Made by a program: the position numbers and the translations under genes. A stretch of 64,000 nt of DNA from Prasinococcaceae sp. CCMP 1430 (taxonomy: Eukaryota; Plantae; Prasinodermophyta), in NCBI GenBank assembly GCA_013416795.1, contig RQSC01000008.1, positions 105,503 through 169,502 of the forward strand. Direction: 5' to 3'. This document shows positions 57,745-64,000 of this stretch, piece by piece. The notes beneath the pieces are model-generated. The model was not told where the DNA came from. It saw only the letters and a list, made by a program, of their open reading frames with translations, and made no database searches. The number at the start of each line of letters is the position of its first letter. Positions within the stretch are counted from its first letter, which is position 1.

Positions 57745-58033
57745 GTGGGGGGCGCCGCGCGGGGCGTCGCGGTGGCGGGCGGCGTGGTGGGCATGGTCTC
57801 GTGGGTGCGTCGTCCATTGTCGCTTTCGCAGCGGTCGCCGCTTTTGCTGCTGCGCGCGCTCGGCGCAGCCGCCGCCGCCGCCGCGACGGCGGCGCCGCGG
57901 CCGCGCGCTGACCCGGCGCGTCTGCGTGGGCAGGCGTCCATCTACCCGCTCGACGTGATCAAGACGCGCCTGCAGGCGCGGCGCGCGGGCAGCGCGTGGG
58001 TGGGCCCGCTGCGCGCCGCGCGCGAGGTGTACG
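57745..58033 (+). pseudogene. Partial mitochondrial carrier (one repeat) cut by the n junction
   Basis: VAGGVVGMVSW|intron|ASIYPLDVIKTRLQA (carrier signature), ending at the n at 58034. Confidence 0.65.
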
Positions 58034-58034
58034 N

Positions 58035-58503
58035 GCGCTCGCGCCGGCGCGCCGCGCTGACCGCGCCGGCGCTGCTTGCGCGCGGGCACAAACGCAAGCC
58101 CACCGTGGTGTTGACCCCGGCCGAGGCGAAGGCGAAGGCGGAGGCCGAGGCCGCCGCCAAGGCAAAGGCTGAAGCCGAGGCCAAGGCCAAGGCCGAGGCT
58201 GAGGCTGCGGCGAAGGCGGAGGCGGAGGCCAAGGCGGCCGAGGCTGAGAAGAAGGCGAAGGCGGAGGCGGAGGCTAAGGCTGCCGAGGCGGAGGCCAAGG
58301 CCAAGGCTGAGGCCGAGGCCAAGGCGAAGGCTGAGGCCGAGGCCAAGGCGAAGGCCGAGGCCGAGGCCAAGGCGAAGGCCGAGGCCGAGGCGAAGGCGAA
58401 GGCCGAGTTCGAGGCCAATGCCAAGGCTGCGGCCGAGGCCAAGGCCAAGGCCAAGGCCGAGGCCGAGAAGGTCGAGGCGGAGGCGGCGAAGGTCGATATG
58501 TAA
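58035..58503 (+). CDS. 3' end of a gene with an Ala/Glu/Lys-rich (AEAKAK)n helical repeat
   Basis: About 125 aa of AEAKAK-type repeats ending KVDM*, with TGTAA overlapping the stop; 5' part absent. Confidence 0.6.
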
Positions 58504-58737
58504 TTCTTACGCAATACAAAAATATACATCAATTGCACCGACGGGCGTGTCGTGTGTGATAGTGACGTGTCGCGAGTCACGGAGGCCCCTCGAGCCTGGC
58601 GGGGTCGGCGGCCTCCGGTCAGGAGACCAGCTCGACGCGCGCGCCGCTCGACGCCCTGGCGGATGGCGCGGCGGTCGTACTCATCGCACGAAGGCGGAGG
58701 GGGGATTAGGATTGTCCCTCGCATTCTTGTCAGCAGG

Positions 58738-60111
58738 TCAGCCGCGACCCAAGAGCAACGCGTCCTCGGTCGGCTCGTCGGCCCTATCCCTGTGATGCGC
58801 CATCTCCATGTCGTCGCCGTCGTCGCTCCCGGCGGTGTGCAGGCGCGCCGCCGCCACGCTCGGCACGAAGAGCGCCGCAACGCTGGCCAGGGCCGCCGGC
58901 AGGGCTCCCAAAAGCAGCACCGTGCCGGCGCCGCTGCCTGCGGCGGCACCATCGCCCTGGATGGCTCGCAGCAGCGGCTTGACGCCCAGGTCCACCGTCA
59001 CCTCCGGCAGCGTGATGAACACGTTCAGTGTCCCAAGCAGCGCCCCCCGCCGCGCGACCGGCGCGTGCGCCGCGACCACGGCGTACGGCAAGCTTTGCGT
59101 GATGGCCCAGGGCAGGCCCATGCACGCCACAATTGCAGAGGCGGCCCACCTCCCGCCGCGCGGCACCGCCGACGTGCACGCCAGCAGCGTCGCCAGGACA
59201 GCGTAGGAGATGGTCAGCGCGCGCGGCTCGCCGACAGCTCGAGCCAGCGCTGGCACCGCCGCTGCTCCGCTCGCGGCCGCGCCAGCGAAGACTGCAAGCG
59301 CACCGCTCGCCCACCGCACGCCCCGGGCGTACGCGTCGCCCTCGGGCGTGCCGCCGGCCGCGCGCGCGTCGCCGCCGAAGACGTCGGCGGCAATCCACTG
59401 GGTGGTGAACAATATGTGGCTGTACCACCCGAGCCAGCTCAAAAAGATGGCGGCCACCAGCGCGCGCATCCACGGCGGCACGGCGAAGCGCTCGAGCGAA
59501 CGCCGCATCGCCCCGGCGGGCGGTAGCGGCTCGCGCTCCTCGCGCGGCTGCGTCGCGGCCTCCGCTTGCGTTTCAAGTCCGGCCGCCGCCATTGCCGTCA
59601 CTAGCGCTCCGCCAATGACGGCCACCGCCACGCCAAATGTGAGCCACTCGAGGCGGATGGGCACCGCGGCCACCCCGAAGCCGAGCAGCTGCCCCGCGCC
59701 AACAGAAGCCGCGAGCGCCGCGTTGCCCCGCGCCTGCGCCCTCGCGCCCAGCGCGGCGACAATGCAGCGCGACCCCGCCATCACCACGTTCATACCCGCG
59801 TCGAGCACCCACAACGCCGCCACCGCCGCGCCCTGCGTGCGGCTGCGGGCGAGCAGCACCATTCCGCCGGCGAGCGCGGCCGCGCCGCACAGCAGCAGCG
59901 GCCGCCGGCGCGAGGGCCGCGCGTCCATCAGGCTACCCGCTAGCGGCTGCACGAACGCGCCCGTCAGCGGCCCCGCCAGTCGCGCGTACCCCACGCCTCC
60001 CAGGTCGAGCCCGAGGGCGACCATCACGGGCGTCGCAACGTTCGTCTTGACCGCCCACGCGCCATTTGCGGTACGAGCGAACGTAGGGTACGCGCCGTGG
60101 CGCGCGTCCAA
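58738..60111 (-). CDS. Sucrose/H+ symporter (SUT/SUC)-SLC45-like GPH/MFS transporter; start unresolved
   Basis: LAGPLTGAFVQPLAG..D..RRRP, WVLDAGMN...SRCIVA, FLSWLGWYSHILFTTQWIAADVFGG, GLPWAITQSLPYA, GTLNVFITLPE. The ORF-track start is TTG and there is no in-frame ATG before the upstream stop. Confidence 0.82.
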   Translation of the reverse strand: MDARHGAYPTFARTANGAWAVKTNVATPVMVALGLDLGGVGYARLAGPLTGAFVQPLAGSLMDARPSRRRPLLLCGAAALAGGMVLLARSRTQGAAVAALWVLDAGMNVVMAGSRCIVAALGARAQARGNAALAASVGAGQLLGFGVAAVPIRLEWLTFGVAVAVIGGALVTAMAAAGLETQAEAATQPREEREPLPPAGAMRRSLERFAVPPWMRALVAAIFLSWLGWYSHILFTTQWIAADVFGGDARAAGGTPEGDAYARGVRWASGALAVFAGAAASGAAAVPALARAVGEPRALTISYAVLATLLACTSAVPRGGRWAASAIVACMGLPWAITQSLPYAVVAAHAPVARRGALLGTLNVFITLPEVTVDLGVKPLLRAIQGDGAAAGSGAGTVLLLGALPAALASVAALFVPSVAAARLHTAGSDDGDDMEMAHHRDRADEPTEDALLLGRG

Positions 60112-61174
60112 TGCGATGTGACCTGGGCGCAGGACGGGGCGGGTTCGGGGTCGCGGCGCGCTCGCGCTCCTTCCGGGGGTCGCGAGGTTTCAGCGAGGCC
60201 CCCCACTCCCTCTTCCGTTTTTCTTTTTTCTTTTTCTTTTTTCGGTTTCCCATAGATTTCGCTTCCACCAGCGCCGGTACGCACATCAAACATATCATAA
60301 AAAACGACGGAATTCAGTGCAGACCCAACGACGCTCCGAACAAGAAACGGCCTCACATGAAATATCGCCGTGCTACCCAGCGCTGCACTTTTCCCTTGTT
60401 AGCGCGGGCGCGCTGATGTGGCGCTCGCGGCGCGGGATTTGCGCGCGCGGGCGGTGGGGCCGGGCCGGCGAGTATCCGCCCCTCGCCGCCATCAGAACGC
60501 ATGCGCGCCGCGGGTCCGGGGCAGATAGATCCGGGCCCCAGGAGCTTCCGGAGGGGCGCGCGCGCATGTGCGCGCGCGCGCGCGGCCGCTGCCCTCACCC
60601 CACCCACCCCCACCAGCCCGTCCTTCCCTCGCCTCTTGCGCGCGCGCGGGCACCGAGCGCGGGTGCCGGTCGGTCACGCGATGGCAGACGAGGTAGGGGG
60701 GGAGCCACGTGCTGTGGCGCGCGCGCTGTGGCGCCGCGCGCGCCTGCTGCGCTGACGTGTAATTGCAGTGTCCATGATGGATTGAATACGTGCTCAAACG
60801 TACTCACGGGCGCCCTTCGGTTAAATGCACGGTGGGGGGGGGCGTCAAGCCTCGGGCGCGCAGGGGACGGCGCCGGGCGCCCCCGGGCAGAGGCTGGGGC
60901 GCGCAGCCCTTGCAGAGATACAAATTACATCGTCGATGCGCAGAGGTGCGTGGTGTGCGTGGTCGCTGTGTGCGTTCGTTGTGCCTCGCGCCGTTCTCTC
61001 CTGGTCGTCGCGCCACTCCCGCGAGTGAGTGTGCGCTGGGTGCGCAGTCGCACGTGGTCTTTTCGTAGTTCTAGTGTACACGACGGCGGCAAATGTCGCC
61101 GTGGCCAAGGCTCCTGCCGCTGTAGCGAGCGCAGGGCCAGCACTGGGCTATTGACGGTGCTGCGACGAGGATGC

Positions 61175-62105
61175 TCACGCCCTGACGGCGTCCCCCTGCA
61201 CACCGGCGCAGCCCGCTGCCTGAGCGCCGCCCGTAGGCGCGACCGCGCGCTTGCGCCGCTTGCCGCACACCTCCGAGGTCGCGCGGCGCGCCTCGGCGGC
61301 GCACGCTCCCGACGAGCCGTCGCGGCTTTGCTGCACGCTGGGGTGGCCGCGCCTGCGCTTGTTGATGATCCGCTCCGAGCCGCCGATGCCGCCGCCGCTC
61401 TTGGACATCGAAAGCTCCAGCACGTTGAGGAAGGAGTTGCTCTTCCTGAGCGACAGCCCGAGGTGTGGCTGGCGCGCCGCCTTGAGCACGTGCGCCGACC
61501 AGCGCTCGGCGGGCAGGACGAGCGAGGCGGGCACGGCCGCGTTGAGCTGCGCGGGCGCGCCCAGCGCGCCCACCGACGGCTGCCCACCCGGCGGGTTGGC
61601 CAGCACCGCGGGTCGGAGGGCCGACGGCAGGGCCGACGGCACCGGCACAGGCACGGGAGCGCCCGGCACAGCCGGATGCGGCGAGGGGGGGCGCGGGGGC
61701 ACAGCCGCGGCCTGCCGCGCGTGCTCGTCCCCTCCCGCGCGTTCGGCACTGCGACGCTGCTGCTGCTGCTGCTGCTGCTGCTGAAGCTCCTGCTGCTGCC
61801 CCTGCTGCCGCTGCGGCTGCGGCTGCTTCTGCTGCTGCTGCGCTTCGTGCATCATGCGTCGCTTCACCGCGCTGGGCACGAGCGCCTTGCGGGCGAGGTA
61901 CACGAAGGCCGTGCCGCACTCGAGCGAGCGCATCTCCGCGGGGCCGAGCGTGGCCTGCTGCACCTCGGACCCTGGCTCCGGTCCCGGCTGCTGCTGCTCC
62001 ACGGGTGCGCCCGTCGACGCGTCGTCAGCCTCGGCGCCGCGCTGCTGCCTGCCGCTGGACGACGAGCACGCCGGCGCGCCGCGCGCCAGGGGCGCGTCCT
62101 CGGCC
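61175..62105 (-). CDS. 3' part of a hypothetical Gln/Pro-rich protein with an LGLSLRKSxSFL motif
   Basis: Open frame from the n at 62106 to the stop at 61175; contains polyQ and PHLGLSLRKSNSFLNVLELSM. Confidence 0.5.
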
Positions 62106-62106
62106 N

Positions 62107-62698
62107 CTCGGGGGGCGCTGCCGGCGCCGGAGGAAGCCCCATGGCGCTGCCGCACATGGTGTGGCTGGACTCTTCCGCGCAGCACTGGAATACGCCCGGA
62201 GGTATTTACAACGTCTCGAACAGCTACAGCAAGAGCGCGGACATGCCCCTCAACGCCGAGGGGGCCGCGTGCGGCGCGTGGCCCAGGGAGGTCATGGAAA
62301 GGACGGACTTTCGGAACCGCAACGTTCCATCCATCATACTTCAGGCGGGCATCCCGGTGCTTCCCATTTGGGAGATGACAGCGGATGCGGCCGACGCCAT
62401 GCCTTACGAGCTGCCCGACTGCTCGCACTTCTGCCAGCCGGGGGTGCCAGACGCTATCGGGCAAGCTGTCATGAACTTCATGCTGTATCCCTTTCCTCCT
62501 ACGGACAAAGTTGCTGCCGCGTTCAAGGCGGCCACTACCTCGGCCGCGACCACATGGCCGAGGAGCGCGAAAGTGGCGGCGGGGGCGAGCTCGGGTCGTG
62601 GCGCCGCCGGCGCGGGCGCCTTCTTCGTGCTCCTACTCTGCGCCGGCATCATGGCTGTTGCAGCGAGGATCCACAAGCGCAGGTCTAGGCGCGCGTGA
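62107..62698 (+). CDS. C-terminal half of a TBL/PC-esterase-family protein with a C-terminal TM helix
   Basis: VWLDSSAQHW, IPVLPIWEMT, DCSHFCQPGVPD (DxxH), then FFVLLLCAGIMAVAA-RIHKRRSRRA*. The GDS half is missing at the n junction. Confidence 0.8.
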
Positions 62699-63740
62699 CT
62701 CAGCTCATATCATCAAGTACGATTCGCTTCGACTCCAGCGCCCGGCGTGCTCGTGAGTCTCTAGAGTACGTGTCGGATGAATTGGATGTACTACGCTGTG
62801 GGTCATCAGGCCCTGCCAGTGATTGTGTCGCCATGTCTATGTACTAGAGTCACTAATCAGCAATTTTGGATACTCGCAAGCTGCAAGGAGTCCTTCCCGC
62901 GTGTCACCGTCCAACCACGGGCTCCTCGCCCCCTCCTCGCGATTCCGGCTGCCTCGCCCCGCCGCCGCGCGCGCCCGCGCGAGGAAAAAAAAACGCGCGC
63001 GCGCGCGCGCCGAATTCCGAATCCGCGATTCATAACCGCGCGCCCGATCCGCGCGGCACTTCGCTTCCCGCCGCCGCCCCGCCCCCCGGCGAAACCCCAC
63101 CCCAAATCTAAAAAAAAAAAAAAAACTCACACCCACCGGCCGAAATGCGAACCCTGACGGACGCCCCCCGCGCGACAGCGATCCGCACATTCGATGCTTG
63201 GCATCTAGCAAACGGTGTAAACCCTTACTAAGTTGAGGTTTTCGCGCCGCGCGCAGCGCGCGCGCGCGCGCGCGCCGAGCCAAAAAATCATTCCTCCATG
63301 AGTATCCCGGGTAAAACGGGGCGCCCCGGCCAAGCGGCGCGCGAAGGAACGATCTTTAGGCGGGCGTACATGCGCCTTGCGAGGGCGACGATTGTAAAAG
63401 TTGACCTCTGTACGATACCGCAAAAAAAAAAAAAACGGCGCGACAGCTCAGCGCGCGCGGGCCGGCCCGCGTGGCTCGTGTGGCCGGCGCGCGCCCGCGC
63501 TTTTTTTTTTTTTTCGTTGCGCGGCGCCTTTTCCCGCGGGGCCGCCGTGTCGCGGCCGCCCGAACCCCAACCCGTCCCGACGTCGAAACGAACCGTAACA
63601 CAAACCCTGTCGTTTTCACCCGAACGTCGCTTTTTATCCGCCGCGCGCGGCGCGCGCGCGGATCCGGGATTCGGGTCAATCCGCGCGCGCGCGTGCGCGC
63701 TTTCCCGAGAGATATTTCATGCGCGACGCCCGGGGTGGGC

Positions 63741-64000
63741 TGCGCTTTGACCGGGGGTGAACGGTCGGAAGGGGAAGGACGGACCCACCAACTCGCCGAG
63801 GTTGAACCGGAGTTGGACGGGGGACCCGGGGCACGCGGCGAAACCTGGAAGAGGTGCGCTTTGACCGGGGGTGAACGGTCGGAAGGGGAAGGACGGACCC
63901 ACCAACTCGCCGAGGTTGAACCGGAGTTGGACGGGGGACCCGGGGCACGCGGCGAAACCTGGAAGAGGTGCGCTTTGACCGGGGGTGAACGGTCGGAAGG
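63741..64000. repeat. Perfect 114-bp tandem repeat (satellite), running off the window edge
   Basis: Unit starts at 63741, 63855 and 63969 (TGCGCTTTGACCGGGGG...); the copies appear identical. Confidence 0.95.

Noticed and set aside
57745-58503. Carrier-TolA fusion protein
   Set aside because: The join is exactly at an n, and the AEAKAK tract is generic low-complexity helix without TolA TM or C-terminal domains.
1-64000. Hundreds of long Arg/Ala/Pro-rich ORFs, many antisense to real genes (e.g. 13817-15487, 17676-19025, 21654-22880, 27442-28812, 60317-62698)
   Set aside because: Expected from very high GC content and codon bias; they carry no family motifs and overlap better-supported genes.
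63741-64000. 114-bp repeat as a CRISPR array or 5S rRNA array
   Set aside because: No unique spacers, eukaryotic context, no cas genes, and no resemblance to the 5S rRNA sequence.

Overview
GC-rich, intron-containing nuclear DNA from a eukaryote, not a prokaryote. It is most likely a plastid-bearing alga of the green lineage; this is inferred from the plant-type GEN1 Cys finger, the TAAC-like carrier, the bestrophin-like channel and the TBL-type genes. Introns are short GT-AG, mostly with GTGCGT/GTGCGC donors. About 20 genes or gene fragments are recognisable. In order: TAAC-like carrier, a CysRS-like fragment, homomeric acetyl-CoA carboxylase, a head-to-head pair of paralogous 2OG-Fe(II) dioxygenases, a secreted LRR protein, an acidic protein ending in AIM/LIR-like motifs, PRMT3, RAD54B head-to-head with GEN1, LTA4H-type M1 aminopeptidase, a ~2180-aa secreted protein of bacterial-type FN3-like repeats plus cadherin-like sandwiches, an Sfi1-repeat/Kelch/coiled-coil protein, a small 101-aa gene, a PhyH-like dioxygenase, an SGNH/PC-esterase, a Nudix hydrolase, proteasome beta1, BBS5, a bestrophin-like channel, a SUT/SLC45-like transporter, a TBL fragment, and a perfect 114-bp tandem repeat at the right edge. 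There are two N gaps and four single-n positions, at least two of which join unrelated gene halves. No rRNA, tRNA, CRISPR array or transposon was recognised. All family calls come from motif recognition by eye; no searches were run.
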